A stretch of DNA of 64,000 nucleotides from Escherichia phage vB_EcoM-Sa45lw. A model generated the notes under the pieces. The model made no database searches. It was not told where the DNA came from and worked only from the letters and a program-made list of their open reading frames with translations. Numbering within the stretch: position 1 is the stretch's first letter; every line of letters starts with the position of its first letter. Positions 8,294 through 19,803 of this stretch are shown piece by piece. The stretch lies in the sequence record MK977694.1, one strand, 5' to 3'. A program made the translations under genes and the position numbers.

Positions 8294-9018
8294 TATAGTA
8301 CCTTTAGTGTATTTTTAATTTTAGAAAAAAGTTCTTCAAGAGAACCATCGTTTGTAATTACTAAATCACCATCACGAATTGGCAATCCAGCTTCTGTAAT
8401 ATGTGTATCATTGGATTTTTGACCAGGACGAACTACATGAATTACTGTAGCACCCATCGCCCTAGCCGCATCCATTTCATGATCTTGACGAGTATCAGGA
8501 ACGATATAATAATCATAACCTGAGTTAAATTTATCAAGATAATCTAAAGCAAATAATTTTACCCAGTACATGCGGTCGAAGTTATTAACAATCAAATCCG
8601 TACCTAGGGCTTGCATCAGACGACGGACTGACCATTGATCTTCAATATTATTTATAACGTCAATAATCTTGTTAAATGCTACGGAATTAACTGATTCTTC
8701 TCCTTCGTCATCAAAAACAAACACACCTTTAATTGGGCTTTTACCATTAAGATAGCAAAATGCTTGTTCCATAATCGCGATTACTTCTGATTTAGTCAGA
8801 TTTAAATTAGTCTCACGATCATAGTCAATTCCTTCAAACTCTTTACGAGTTAAGCAAGGATAGTCAGTGTTTGCTGCAAATACTCCCCATGCATAAGCCA
8901 ATGCATCCTTAATAGGACCAGCAAGTTGGTATTTAACTGCAGAATAATTGCTCATGATAAAATCAGCAGTAGTATCTTTTCCACTACGCTTTACACCGCT
9001 TAAAAAGATTAGTTTCAT
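8293..9018 (-). CDS. 1: deoxynucleoside monophosphate kinase (gp1), 241 aa
   Basis: ATG at 9018-9016 (MKLIFLSGVKRSGKDT, P-loop) with GAGGAG RBS; 241 aa as in T4 gp1; the track ORF extends 13 codons further upstream. Confidence 0.85.
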
Positions 9019-9067
9019 GTGTTTCTCCTCAAATTTAATTAAGATTATAACACACAAAACTGAAGCA

Positions 9068-9598
9068 TTAAACTTCTGCTATAATTTTTCCATCTTTTTC
9101 TACTTGAAAATAGGTGTAAGGAATCGTTGCAGTACATACTAAAGCCGGGTCTGAATCTTCTGTGTAGCTAAATTCTACTTCAGATAGGTCAGAAACCCAC
9201 GGCTTATAAAAATTTATTGACATCACGATTTCAGTTTTGCTATTATCTAAGATGTAAAGCGTAATGTACTCAGGACCTGTTTTTTGGGCAGTATTTTCAC
9301 CTGTAAGATAGTTGCTAGTTCCTAACATCCATTCATACATTCCTATCCACGACTTAAGTTCTTCATCAACTATAAATCTCACAATGAGTGGATCATACTC
9401 AAATGTAACACCTGGACGTTGTGCTCGGCCCAGTCCAAACGGCCCAGTCACGGTATCAGTAACAGGTATTCTAATTCCTGGAATAGGAACTGACTGAGCA
9501 TTTAAAGTAAAAGCAGATGTAGTATTACTATGTGGTATTGATACTACAAAGTTAGTTGTATTTGCTTGGTTAAAAATTTGTTGCAGAGCTTGCGACAT
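9068..9598 (-). CDS. 3: tail completion and sheath stabilizer protein gp3 (176 aa)
   Basis: ATG at 9598-9596 (MSQALQQ) with GAGGA RBS gives 176 aa as in T4 gp3; conserved 1-3-2-4 order. Confidence 0.8.
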   Translation of the reverse strand: MSQALQQIFNQANTTNFVVSIPHSNTTSAFTLNAQSVPIPGIRIPVTDTVTGPFGLGRAQRPGVTFEYDPLIVRFIVDEELKSWIGMYEWMLGTSNYLTGENTAQKTGPEYITLYILDNSKTEIVMSINFYKPWVSDLSEVEFSYTEDSDPALVCTATIPYTYFQVEKDGKIIAEV

Positions 9599-9704
9599 AT
9601 ATTCCTCATAATGCTTTATAACTGTTGGTGGTATAATGGGTCTAAGTCCCTTCCATTCAATTCCATTTAGAACAAACAACAGAAAAGAATGGAAGATAAT
9701 AGAA

Positions 9705-10529
9705 TTAGATATTTGACCAGACTTTGTTTGCAGAGAAACGTTTTCCTTTTGAAACGAACTGCTGAAGTGGCATCAGCACAACGTTCGCCCAGTCTTTCGG
9801 GGCGATTTCAACAAGGCTACCCATAATATTACCAGGTATATATGCCTTAATCATTTGGTCTGCACCCCTAAATCCTTTCACTTGACTCCAATCAATTTTT
9901 AATTTCGTTTTATTAGTAATAGTAGGTGTATTTGAATATTGCTTTAAAAGCTCTTCTAGAAATTGCTGACGAGCTTTAGGTGGAATATAGTGCAAGTTCA
10001 ATCCGTACATTAAATTATGCTTACCTAAACCAAGGTAAATTATTAAAGGAAATTTATCCCAGTAAGGAAGAGTTTCCTTGTGTTTAGCATCATAAGCAAA
10101 AGCATATATTCGTCCCGGCTGCGGGCGAACAACTTTATGTCCTTTTACTTGCTTAATAGTTTCGGCAAACCATTTTCTGGTTTTATTATTAATTGCTGCA
10201 CCTTCATTACGAATTTTATCGCGCAATGTTTGTCTGAATGAATTTATCATAAGCAGTTGTCTTTCTTGCTTATTGAGCTTATTCATTGGTTTTGATTCAA
10301 GCTTTTGAATCTTTTCAGCCGTTTTAATTCCTGAAGCATATTTTGACATTGCCGAAGTAAACGTAGAGTATTTGATTCCTCTTTCTTCAGCAAATTGCTT
10401 TCCTGTCATTCCTTTTGCTTTGGCCTTTTTATATTCAAGACCTATTTGAATCCATTTCTTTTCGTTTAATGATTGCTTAACCTTTGGAACTTGTGGAGTG
10501 CTTTCATTAATTATTTGAAAAATAGCCAT
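9705..10529 (-). CDS. 2: DNA end protector protein gp2 (274 aa)
   Basis: Length 274 aa and position match T4 gp2. Confidence 0.8.
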   Translation of the reverse strand: MAIFQIINESTPQVPKVKQSLNEKKWIQIGLEYKKAKAKGMTGKQFAEERGIKYSTFTSAMSKYASGIKTAEKIQKLESKPMNKLNKQERQLLMINSFRQTLRDKIRNEGAAINNKTRKWFAETIKQVKGHKVVRPQPGRIYAFAYDAKHKETLPYWDKFPLIIYLGLGKHNLMYGLNLHYIPPKARQQFLEELLKQYSNTPTITNKTKLKIDWSQVKGFRGADQMIKAYIPGNIMGSLVEIAPKDWANVVLMPLQQFVSKGKRFSANKVWSNI

Positions 10530-10981
10530 TATGCCCCCTTAAAGCCAAGAGCTCGTAATCCATCTTCTGTTAGAATTCTAAATTTTATTCCACGCTTTTC
10601 AGCTAAAGCTTGCGCTGCTTTCCATTTGTCGGTATTAACGGAATATGTATAAATTTCATTCATAAATCTTTTCTTCGCTGCAGTTGTTAGATGTGCTGGT
10701 TTAACTGGTGGTTGTGTTTCTTTTTTAGGTTTTATTTCAATAAAAAATTCTTGTCCAGAAGAATCTTTCATCCAAATATCCATGAAGTATCTACGTTTTT
10801 TCCCTTCTGCATTACAAAAATAAGGAATTACTGCTGTTTCACTACCCCATGCAATAATTTCTGGATTTTTATCTAACCATTCAAAAAAGAATTTTTCCCA
10901 ATTTGATCTATACGTAATTTTTTTAGGGTCACCTCTATACTTTGATATATTTTTAGGAACCCATTTTCCAGAATATGCCAT
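10529..10981 (-). CDS. 4: head completion protein gp4 (150 aa)
   Basis: Length 150 aa and position match T4 gp4; minus-strand TATAAATA upstream. Confidence 0.8.
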   Translation of the reverse strand: MAYSGKWVPKNISKYRGDPKKITYRSNWEKFFFEWLDKNPEIIAWGSETAVIPYFCNAEGKKRRYFMDIWMKDSSGQEFFIEIKPKKETQPPVKPAHLTTAAKKRFMNEIYTYSVNTDKWKAAQALAEKRGIKFRILTEDGLRALGFKGA

Positions 10982-10992
10982 TGGATTCTCCT

Positions 10993-11015
10993 TATAAATA
11001 GATAATATATTTATA
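10993..11015. promoter_or_regulatory. divergent late promoters (plus TATAAATA 10993-11000 for gene 53; minus TATAAATA 11008-11015 for gene 4)
   Basis: Exact T4 late -10 consensus on both strands in the 47 bp gap between divergent genes 4 and 53. Confidence 0.6.
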
Positions 11016-11028
11016 AACAGGAGGGCCC

Positions 11029-11619
11029 ATGCTCTTTACATTTTTTGATCCGATTGAATATGCGGCCAAAACGGTGAATAAAAACGCGCCGACTATTCCT
11101 ATGACAGATATTTTTAGAAACTATAAAGACTATTTTAAACGCGCTCTTGCGGGATACCGCTTACGTACTTATTATATTAAAGGTTCACCACGCCCGGAAG
11201 AATTAGCAAATACTATATATGGAAATCCACAGTTGTATTGGGTTTTATTGATGTGTAATGATAATTATGACCCGTATTATGGATGGATTACTTCGCAAGA
11301 AGCTGCTTATCAAGCATCTATACAAAAATACAAAAATGTAGGTGGAGACCAAATAGTATATCATGTGAATGAGAACGGTGAAAAATTTTACAATTTAATA
11401 TCATACGATGATAATCCATATGTTTGGTATGACAAAGGTGATAAAGCTAGAAAATATCCTCAATATGAAGGAGCACTTGCTGCGGTCGATACGTATGAAG
11501 CTGCTGTTCTTGAAAATGAAAAACTTCGTCAAATAAAAATAATAGCAAAATCAGACATTAATTCATTTATGAACGACCTTATACGTATAATGGAGAAATC
11601 TTATGGAAATGATAAGTAA
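11029..11619 (+). CDS. 53: baseplate wedge protein gp53 (196 aa)
   Basis: 196 aa, immediately upstream of and overlapping gene 5; AGGAGG RBS. Confidence 0.85.
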   Translation: MLFTFFDPIEYAAKTVNKNAPTIPMTDIFRNYKDYFKRALAGYRLRTYYIKGSPRPEELANTIYGNPQLYWVLLMCNDNYDPYYGWITSQEAAYQASIQKYKNVGGDQIVYHVNENGEKFYNLISYDDNPYVWYDKGDKARKYPQYEGALAAVDTYEAAVLENEKLRQIKIIAKSDINSFMNDLIRIMEKSYGNDK

Positions 11620-13330
11620 TAACCTTAATTGGTTTGTTGGTGTTGTTGAAGATAGAATGGACCCATTAAAATTAGGTCGTGTTCGTGTTCGTGTTGTTGG
11701 TCTGCATCCACCTCAAAGAGCACAAGGTGATGTAATGGGTATTCCAACTGAAAAATTACCATGGATGTCAGTTATTCAACCTATAACTTCTGCAGCAATG
11801 TCTGGAATTGGAGGCTCCGTTACTGGACCGGTAGAAGGAACTAGAGTTTATGGTCATTTTTTAGACAAATGGAAAACCAACGGAATTGTTCTTGGCACGT
11901 ATGGTGGAATAGTTCGCGAAAAACCGAATAGACTTGAAGGATTTTCTGATCCAACTGGACAATATCCTAGACGTTTAGGAAATGATACTAACGTACTAAA
12001 CCAAGGCGGAGAAGTAGGATATGATTCGTCTTCTAACGTTATCCAAGATAGTAACTTAGACACCGCAATAAATCCCGATGATAGACCACTATCAGAGATT
12101 CCAACTGATGATAATCCAAATATGTCAATGGCTGAAATGCTTCGCCGTGATGAAGGATTAAGACTAAAAGTTTATTGGGATACTGAAGGATATCCGACAA
12201 TTGGTATTGGTCATCTTATCATGAAACAGCCAGTTCGTGATATGGCTCAAATTAATAAAGTTTTATCAAAACAAGTTGGTCGTGAAATTACTGGAAATCC
12301 AGGTTCTATTACAATGGAAGAAGCGGTAACTTTATTTGAGCGTGATTTGGCTGATATGCAACGTGACATTAAATCGCATTCTAAAGTAGGACCAGTCTGG
12401 CAAGCTGTCAACCGTTCTCGTCAAATGGCGTTAGAAAATATGGCATTTCAGATGGGTGTTGGCGGTGTAGCTAAATTTAACACAATGTTAACTGCTATGT
12501 TAGCCGGAGATTGGGAAAAAGCATATAAAGCAGGTCGTGATTCATTGTGGTATCAACAAACAAAAGGCCGTGCATCCCGTGTTACCATGATTATTCTTAC
12601 GGGAAATTTGGAATCATATGGTGTTGAAGTGAAAACACCAGCTAGGTCTTTATCTGCAATGGCTGCTACTGTAGCTAAATCTTCTGACCCTGCTGATCCT
12701 CCTATTCCAAATGACTCGAGAATTTTATTCAAAGAACCAGTTTCTTCATATAAAGGTGAGTATCCTTATGTGCATACGATGGAAACTGAAAGTGGACATA
12801 TCCAAGAATTTGATGATACCCCTGGGCAAGAACGATACAGATTAGTTCATCCAACTGGAACTTATGAAGAAGTATCACCGTCAGGAAGAAGAACAAGAAA
12901 AACTGTTGATAATTTGTATGATATAACAAATGCTGATGGTAATTTTTTGGTAGCCGGTGATAAAAAGACTAACGTCGGTGGATCAGAAATTTATTACAAC
13001 ATGGATAATCGTTTACATCAAATCGATGGAAGCAATACAATATTTGTACGTGGCGATGAAACTAAGACGGTTGAAGGTAATGGAACTATCCTAGTTAAAG
13101 GTAATGTTACTATTGTAGTTGAAGGTAATGCTGACATTACAGTTAAAGGAGATGCTACCACTTTAGTTGAAGGAAATCAGACTAATACAGTAAATGGAAA
13201 TCTTTCTTGGAAAGTTGCTGGGACAGTTGATTGGGACGTTGGTGGTGATTGGACAGAAAAAATGGCATCTATGAGTTCTATTTCATCTGGTCAATACACA
13301 ATTGATGGATCGAGGATTGACATTGGCTAA
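11603..13330 (+). CDS. 5: baseplate hub subunit and tail lysozyme gp5 (575 aa)
   Basis: N-terminus MEMISNNLNWFVGVVEDRMDPLKLGRVRVRVVGLH; internal T4-lysozyme-like motif LRLKVYWDTEGYPTIGIGHL; C-terminal VxGxxxxx beta-helix repeats; 575 aa as in T4. Confidence 0.95.
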   Translation: MEMISNNLNWFVGVVEDRMDPLKLGRVRVRVVGLHPPQRAQGDVMGIPTEKLPWMSVIQPITSAAMSGIGGSVTGPVEGTRVYGHFLDKWKTNGIVLGTYGGIVREKPNRLEGFSDPTGQYPRRLGNDTNVLNQGGEVGYDSSSNVIQDSNLDTAINPDDRPLSEIPTDDNPNMSMAEMLRRDEGLRLKVYWDTEGYPTIGIGHLIMKQPVRDMAQINKVLSKQVGREITGNPGSITMEEAVTLFERDLADMQRDIKSHSKVGPVWQAVNRSRQMALENMAFQMGVGGVAKFNTMLTAMLAGDWEKAYKAGRDSLWYQQTKGRASRVTMIILTGNLESYGVEVKTPARSLSAMAATVAKSSDPADPPIPNDSRILFKEPVSSYKGEYPYVHTMETESGHIQEFDDTPGQERYRLVHPTGTYEEVSPSGRRTRKTVDNLYDITNADGNFLVAGDKKTNVGGSEIYYNMDNRLHQIDGSNTIFVRGDETKTVEGNGTILVKGNVTIVVEGNADITVKGDATTLVEGNQTNTVNGNLSWKVAGTVDWDVGGDWTEKMASMSSISSGQYTIDGSRIDIG

Positions 13331-13859
13331 TATACTTCCAATGAGCGCTGATTTAGGAGAATCCATGGAAGGTTCTTCTATCGACGTCACCTTTACCGCT
13401 CAATTAGAAACAGGTGAAACGTTAGTATCTATAAATATAACTAGTTACGAAGAAACTCCTGGGGTTTTAGTAGAAGAAAATCGCTTATATGGAACATATG
13501 AATCTGTATTTGGTTTCGGAAATGACGCGTTGAAATATCGTTTAGGCGATGAATTTAAAATTGCTGCTTCATGGGAAGAACTTCCTACTGATTCTGATAC
13601 TCAGCTGTATTTGTGGAAAGCTCCTCAAAATCTCCAGAAGACATTCACTTACGAAGTAACATTAATATATGACTACCAAGAACAAAGTGAATCTGGGGGT
13701 TCTGGCAGTAATTCTAGGTCATCTTCTGATACTACTGAACCGACGGATCCTCCTGCTCCAGTAAGAAAAACTCTTGTTAAAAATTATACTAAAACTATAG
13801 TTGGAAATTGGAGTCGTTGGGCTAATAAACTGAGAGAATATGTCTATGCAAGACCATAA
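13302..13859 (+). CDS. 5.1: gp5.1-like hypothetical protein (185 aa)
   Basis: Position immediately after gene 5, overlapping both neighbours. Confidence 0.6.
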   Translation: MMDRGLTLANILPMSADLGESMEGSSIDVTFTAQLETGETLVSINITSYEETPGVLVEENRLYGTYESVFGFGNDALKYRLGDEFKIAASWEELPTDSDTQLYLWKAPQNLQKTFTYEVTLIYDYQEQSESGGSGSNSRSSSDTTEPTDPPAPVRKTLVKNYTKTIVGNWSRWANKLREYVYARP

Positions 13860-14436
13860 ATATTTTTATTTGTATTCAATAACTAATAAAACAACAGGAA
13901 AAATTTATGTAGGCGTCCACAAAACTTCAAATTTGGATGATGGGTATATGGGTTCTGGCGTTGCCATTAAAAATGCCATTAAAAAATATGGCATAGATAA
14001 TTTTTATAAGCATATTATAAAATTCTTTGAATCTGAAAAAGCTATGTATGACGCAGAGGCAGAAATAGTCACAGAGGAATTTGTTAAATCTAAGAAAACT
14101 TATAATATGAAACTAGGCGGTATCGGTGGCTTCCCAAAACATAACACAGCGGGTGCTAAAAATGGATTTTACGGTAAATCTCATTCGCGTGAAACTAGAT
14201 TGAAAATTAGCATTAAATCGTCTAGAAAAAGAGGGCCTAGAGGGCCTAGAGGTAAAACTCTAAAGATGTGTGGCGCCAATAACCCAAGGTATGGCAAAAT
14301 AGCCCCTAATGCTAAATCTGTTATTATCAACGGCGTTTTATATAAAAGTATTAAAATCGCAGCTAAAGCTCTTAATATAAATTATAGTACCTTAAAGGGG
14401 CGAGTTAAAGCGGGGTATTATAAATGTCAGGATTAA
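13840..14436 (+). CDS. GIY-YIG homing endonuclease (Seg-like), 198 aa
   Basis: N-terminal GIY-YIG motifs ([20 protein letters not shown] ... GYMGSG), NUMOD3-like [13 protein letters not shown] and a C-terminal basic DNA-binding tail; ATG with GAGAGA RBS. Confidence 0.85.
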
Positions 14437-14717
14437 GTTATGATAAGTGTGTTACTGCTGGCCATGAAGCGTGGCCTCCAACAGTTGTGAATGCTACACA
14501 AAGTAAAGTATTCACTGGAGGAATTGCTGTTCTAGTAGCAGGCGATCCAATTACAGAACATACAGAAATTAAAAAGCCATATGAAACACATGGCGGAGTG
14601 ACACAACCTAGAACTTCTAAGGTATATGTCACTGGAAAGAAAGCTGTTCAAATGGCTGATCCAATATCATGCGGTGATACTGTGGCTCAGGCATCATCTA
14701 AAGTATTCATTAAATAG
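14424..14717 (+). CDS. 5.4: PAAR-repeat spike tip protein gp5.4 (97 aa)
   Basis: 97 aa as in T4 gp5.4; position between gene 5 region and gene 6. Confidence 0.85.
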
Positions 14718-14725
14718 GATTTAAA

Positions 14726-16708
14726 ATGGCAAATACCCCTGTAAATTATCAATTAACAAGAACAGCAAATGCTATTCCCGAGATATTCGTCGGGGGTACG
14801 TTTGCTGAAATAAAACAAAACCTCATTGAATGGCTTAATGGCCAAAATGAATTTTTGGATTATGATTTTGAAGGCTCAAGATTAAACGTTCTGTGTGACC
14901 TTTTGGCTTATAATACGCTGTACATTCAGCAGTTTGGTAATGCTGCTGTGTATGAAAGCTTTATGCGTACTGCTAACTTACGAAGTTCAGTTGTTCAAGC
15001 TGCACAAGATAACGGATATTTACCTACTTCAAAATCCGCTGCGCAGACCGAAATTATGTTAACATGCACTGACGCATTGAATAGGAATTACATCACAATT
15101 CCTCGCGGAACTCGCTTTTTAGCATATGCAAAAGATACTTCTGTTAATCCATATAACTTCGTTTCTACCGAAGACGTTATTGCTATTCGTGATAAAAATA
15201 ACCAATATTTTCCACGTTTAAAATTGGCCCAGGGACGTATAGTAAGAACTGAAATCATTTATGATAAATTAACACCTATTATCATTTATGATAAAAATAT
15301 TGATAGAAACCAAGTTAAGCTGTATGTTGATGGAGCAGAATGGATTAACTGGACAAGAAAGTCAATGGTTCATGCTGGTTCTACATCAACAATTTACTAC
15401 ATGCGTGAAACTATTGATGGAAATACTGAATTTTATTTTGGTGAAGGTGAGATTTCCGTTAATGCGGCAGAAGGAGCATTGACCGCTAATTATATTGGAG
15501 GTCTTAAACCTACCCAGAACTCTACAATTGTTATTGAGTACATCAGTACTAACGGTGCAGATGCGAACGGCGCAGTCGGATTTTCGTATGCAGATACATT
15601 AACAAATATAACTGTCATCAATATTAATGAAAATCCAAACGACGACCCAGATTTTGTCGGAGCAGATGGCGGCGGTGATCCAGAAGATATTGAGCGTATT
15701 CGCGAATTAGGTACTATTAAACGCGAAACCCAGCAACGCTGCGTAACCGCAACTGATTATGATACATTTGTCTCAGAAAGATTTGGTTCTATTATTCAAG
15801 CTGTTCAGACTTTCACTGATTCTACTAAACCTGGTTATGCATTTATTGCTGCTAAACCTAAATCAGGATTGTATTTAACTACTGTGCAGCGTGAAGATAT
15901 TAAAAATTATCTCAAAGATTATAATTTAGCACCTATTACACCATCAATTATTTCTCCTAATTATCTTTTTATTAAGACTAATTTAAAAGTCACATATGCT
16001 TTAAATAAGCTGCAAGAATCTGAACAGTGGCTTGAAGGTCAAATAATTGATAAAATTGACCGCTATTATACTGAAGATGTAGAAATTTTTAACTCATCTT
16101 TCGCTAAGTCTAAGATGTTAACTTATGTAGATGATGCAGATCATTCTATCATTGGTTCATCAGCGACAATTCAAATTGTTCGTGAAGTACAAAACTTCTA
16201 TAAAACGCCTGAAGCAGGTATTAAATACAATAATCAAATAAAAGATCGTTCTATGGAATCTAATACGTTTTCATTTAATTCTGGACGAAAGGTTGTAAAT
16301 CCTGATACTGGTTTAGAAGAAGATGTATTATATGACGTTCGTATAGTATCAACAGACCGAGATTCTAAAGGAATTGGTAAAGTTATTATTGGTCCATTTG
16401 CTTCTGGCGATGTTACAGAAAATGAAAACATTCAGCCGTATACAGGCAACGATTTTAACAAATTAGCAAATTCTGATGGACGCGACAAATACTATGTTAT
16501 CGGTGAAATAAACTATCCAGCCGATACAATTTATTGGAATATCGCTAAAATTAATTTAACATCTGAAAAATTTGAAGTTCAGACTATTGAATTATATTCT
16601 GACCCAACCGATGATGTTATCTTTACTCGCGATGGTTCACTGATTGTATTTGAAAATGACTTACGTCCACAATACTTAACTATCGATTTGGAGCCTATAT
16701 CACAATGA
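14726..16708 (+). CDS. 6: baseplate wedge protein gp6 (660 aa)
   Basis: Length and order match T4 gp6. Confidence 0.9.
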   Translation: MANTPVNYQLTRTANAIPEIFVGGTFAEIKQNLIEWLNGQNEFLDYDFEGSRLNVLCDLLAYNTLYIQQFGNAAVYESFMRTANLRSSVVQAAQDNGYLPTSKSAAQTEIMLTCTDALNRNYITIPRGTRFLAYAKDTSVNPYNFVSTEDVIAIRDKNNQYFPRLKLAQGRIVRTEIIYDKLTPIIIYDKNIDRNQVKLYVDGAEWINWTRKSMVHAGSTSTIYYMRETIDGNTEFYFGEGEISVNAAEGALTANYIGGLKPTQNSTIVIEYISTNGADANGAVGFSYADTLTNITVININENPNDDPDFVGADGGGDPEDIERIRELGTIKRETQQRCVTATDYDTFVSERFGSIIQAVQTFTDSTKPGYAFIAAKPKSGLYLTTVQREDIKNYLKDYNLAPITPSIISPNYLFIKTNLKVTYALNKLQESEQWLEGQIIDKIDRYYTEDVEIFNSSFAKSKMLTYVDDADHSIIGSSATIQIVREVQNFYKTPEAGIKYNNQIKDRSMESNTFSFNSGRKVVNPDTGLEEDVLYDVRIVSTDRDSKGIGKVIIGPFASGDVTENENIQPYTGNDFNKLANSDGRDKYYVIGEINYPADTIYWNIAKINLTSEKFEVQTIELYSDPTDDVIFTRDGSLIVFENDLRPQYLTIDLEPISQ

Positions 16709-19700
16709 CAGTAAAAGCACCTTCAGTCACTAGTCTCAGAATTTCCAAGTTATCCGCAAATCAGGTGCAAGTACGCTGGGATGACGTTGGTGCTAATTTC
16801 TACTACTTTGTAGAAATCGCTGAGACAAAATCAAACTCGGGAGAAAATCTCCCGAGTAATCAATATCGTTGGATTAATTTAGGATATACAGCAAATAATA
16901 GTTTCTTTTTTGATGATGCTGATCCATTGACATCATACATTATCAGAGTAGCTACAGCTGCGCAAGATTTTGAGCAGTCTGATTGGATTTATACAGAAGA
17001 GTTTGAAACTTTTGCTACGAATGCTTACACATTTCAAAATATGATTGAAATGCAATTAGCTAATAAATTCATTCAGGAAAAGTTCACTCTTAATAATTCT
17101 AATTATGTCAATTTCAATAATGACACAATAATGGCTGCGTTAATGAATGAATCATTTCAGTTCAGCCCATCGTATGCTGATGTCTCATCAATCAGTAATT
17201 TTATTATTGGTGAAAACGAGTATCATGAAATACAAGGTTCTATTCAGCAAGTATGTAAGGATATTAACCGAGTTTATTTGATGGAATCAGAAGGGATTCT
17301 ATATCTTTTTGAGCGCTATCAACCCGTAGTTAAAGTATCAAATGATAAAGGACAAACTTGGAAAGCTGTAAAGCTCTTCAATGACCGTGTAGGATATCCT
17401 TTATCTAAGACTGTATATTACCAATCTGCAAACACAACATACGTTCTAGGATACGATAAGATTTTCTATGGCCGTAAATCGACTGATGTTAGATGGTCAG
17501 CAGATGATGTCAGATTCAGTTCACAGGATATAACATTTGCTAAATTAGGAGATCAACTTCATTTAGGATTCGATGTTGAAATCTTCGCTACTTATGCGAC
17601 TTTACCAGCGAATGTATATCGTATAGCTGAAGCCATTACTTGTACGGATGATTATATCTATGTTGTTGCCAGAGATAAAGTTAGATATATAAAAACGAGT
17701 AATGCACCTATAGATTCTGACCCGTTATCACCAACATACTCGGAAAGACTTTTTGAACCTGATACAATGACTATAACTGGAAATCCTAAAGCTGTATGCT
17801 ATAAAATGGATTCTATTGGTGATAAAGTTTTTGCTCTTATTATTGGTGAAGTTGAAACATTAAATGCTAATCCTAGAACATCAAAAATAATTGATTCCGC
17901 TGATAAAGGAATATATGTTTTAAATCAAGACACGAAAACATGGAAAAGAGTTTTCGGTAATACCGAAGAAGAAAGAAGACGTATTCAACCTGGATACGCA
18001 AACATGTCAACTGACGGTAAATTAGTTTCTCTGTCTTCGAGTAATTTTAAATTTTTAAGTGATAACGTTGTTAATGACCCTGAAACTGCAGCAAAATATC
18101 AGTTAATCGGTGCTGTTAAATATGAATTTCCTCGCGAATGGTTAGCTAATAAACATTATCATATGATGGCGTTTATAGCGGATGAAAAATCTGATTGGGA
18201 GACTTTTACTCCTCAACCGATGAAATACTACGCAGAACCGTTCTTTAATTGGTCTAAAAAATCTAACACTCGTTGTTGGATAAACAACTCTGATAAAGCT
18301 GTAGTAGTTTATGCTGATTTAAAATACACTAAAGTTATAGAAAATATTCCGGAAACATCACCAGATAGATTAGTTCATGAATACTGGGATGATGGCGATT
18401 GCACTATAGTAATGCCAAATGTTAAATTCACCGGATTTAAAAAATATGCATCTGGGATGCTTTTCTACAAATCTTCTGGCGAAATAATTTCTTATTATGA
18501 TTTTAACTATCGTGTGAGAGATACAGTAGAAATTATTTGGAAGCCAACTGAAGTATTTTTAAAAGCATTTTTACAAAACCAAGAGCGCGAAACTCCTTGG
18601 TCACCAGAAGAAGAACGTGGATTAGCTGACCCTGATTTAAGACCATTGATTGGCACAATGATGCCTGATTCTTATTTGTTACAAGATTCTAATTTTGAGG
18701 CATTTTGTGAAGCATATATTCAATATCTTTCTGACGGATATGGAACTCAGTATAACAATTTACGAAATTTAATTCGTAACCAATATCCGCGAGAAGAGCA
18801 TGCGTGGGAATATTTATGGTCAGAAATATATAAAAGAAACATTTATTTAAATGCTGACAAACGCGATGCTGTTGCAAGATTTTTTGAATCACGTAGCTAT
18901 GATTTTTATTCTACTAAAGGAATTGAAGCATCATATAAATTTCTTTTTAAAGTTCTTTATAATGAAGAAGTTGAAATTGAAATTGAATCGGGAGCAGGTA
19001 CTGAATATGATGTAATCATTCAATCTGATTCTCTTACAGAAGATTTAGTAGGACAAACGATTTATACAGCTACAGGAAGATGTAATGTTACTTATATAGA
19101 AAGAAGCTATTCTAATGGTAAATTGCAATGGACCGTGACTATACATAATCTTTTGGGGCGGTTAATAGCAGGACAAGAAGTTAAAGCAGAAAGACTTCCA
19201 GGTTTTGAAGGCGAAATTATTCGTGGGGTTAAAGGAAAGGATTTGCTTCAAAATAATATAGACTATATTAATAGAAGTCGATCATATTATGTAATGAAAA
19301 TTAAATCCAAATTACCTTCTTCCCGCTGGAAATCTGACGTTATTCGTTTTGTTCATCCAGTAGGATTTGGATTTATAGCAATTACCCTTTTAACAATGTT
19401 TATTAATGTTGGTTTAACTCTTAAACATACAGAGACTATAATTAATAAATACAAAAACTATAAATGGGATTCTGGATTGCCTACTGAATATGCTGATAGA
19501 GTAGCCAAATTGACTCCAACCGGTGAAATTGAGCATGATTCGGTAACAGGCGAAGCAATTTATGAGCCTGGCCCAATGGCTGGTGTAGAATATCCTCTTC
19601 CTGATGACTATAATGCTGAAAATAACAATTCAATATTTCAAGGTCAATTGCCGTCTGAACGACGTAAATTAATGAGTCCTTTATTTGATGCATCTGGAAC

Positions 19701-19803
19701 AACATTTGCGCAATTTAGAGATTTAGTTAATAAACGTCTAAAAGACAATATAGGAAATCCAAGAGACCCTGAAAATCCAACACAGGTTAAAATAGATGAA
19801 TGA
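16705..19803 (+). CDS. 7: baseplate wedge initiator gp7 (1032 aa)
   Basis: Length 1032 aa and order match T4 gp7; ATGA overlap with gene 6. Confidence 0.9.
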   Translation: MTVKAPSVTSLRISKLSANQVQVRWDDVGANFYYFVEIAETKSNSGENLPSNQYRWINLGYTANNSFFFDDADPLTSYIIRVATAAQDFEQSDWIYTEEFETFATNAYTFQNMIEMQLANKFIQEKFTLNNSNYVNFNNDTIMAALMNESFQFSPSYADVSSISNFIIGENEYHEIQGSIQQVCKDINRVYLMESEGILYLFERYQPVVKVSNDKGQTWKAVKLFNDRVGYPLSKTVYYQSANTTYVLGYDKIFYGRKSTDVRWSADDVRFSSQDITFAKLGDQLHLGFDVEIFATYATLPANVYRIAEAITCTDDYIYVVARDKVRYIKTSNAPIDSDPLSPTYSERLFEPDTMTITGNPKAVCYKMDSIGDKVFALIIGEVETLNANPRTSKIIDSADKGIYVLNQDTKTWKRVFGNTEEERRRIQPGYANMSTDGKLVSLSSSNFKFLSDNVVNDPETAAKYQLIGAVKYEFPREWLANKHYHMMAFIADEKSDWETFTPQPMKYYAEPFFNWSKKSNTRCWINNSDKAVVVYADLKYTKVIENIPETSPDRLVHEYWDDGDCTIVMPNVKFTGFKKYASGMLFYKSSGEIISYYDFNYRVRDTVEIIWKPTEVFLKAFLQNQERETPWSPEEERGLADPDLRPLIGTMMPDSYLLQDSNFEAFCEAYIQYLSDGYGTQYNNLRNLIRNQYPREEHAWEYLWSEIYKRNIYLNADKRDAVARFFESRSYDFYSTKGIEASYKFLFKVLYNEEVEIEIESGAGTEYDVIIQSDSLTEDLVGQTIYTATGRCNVTYIERSYSNGKLQWTVTIHNLLGRLIAGQEVKAERLPGFEGEIIRGVKGKDLLQNNIDYINRSRSYYVMKIKSKLPSSRWKSDVIRFVHPVGFGFIAITLLTMFINVGLTLKHTETIINKYKNYKWDSGLPTEYADRVAKLTPTGEIEHDSVTGEAIYEPGPMAGVEYPLPDDYNAENNNSIFQGQLPSERRKLMSPLFDASGTTFAQFRDLVNKRLKDNIGNPRDPENPTQVKIDE

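Noticed and set aside
11603-13330. Lysozyme motif LRLKVYWDTEGYPTIGIGHL as evidence for the soluble endolysin gene e
   Set aside because: The motif lies inside the 575 aa gp5 baseplate hub protein, which carries a T4-lysozyme-like domain; no separate roughly 164 aa endolysin gene is present in this window.
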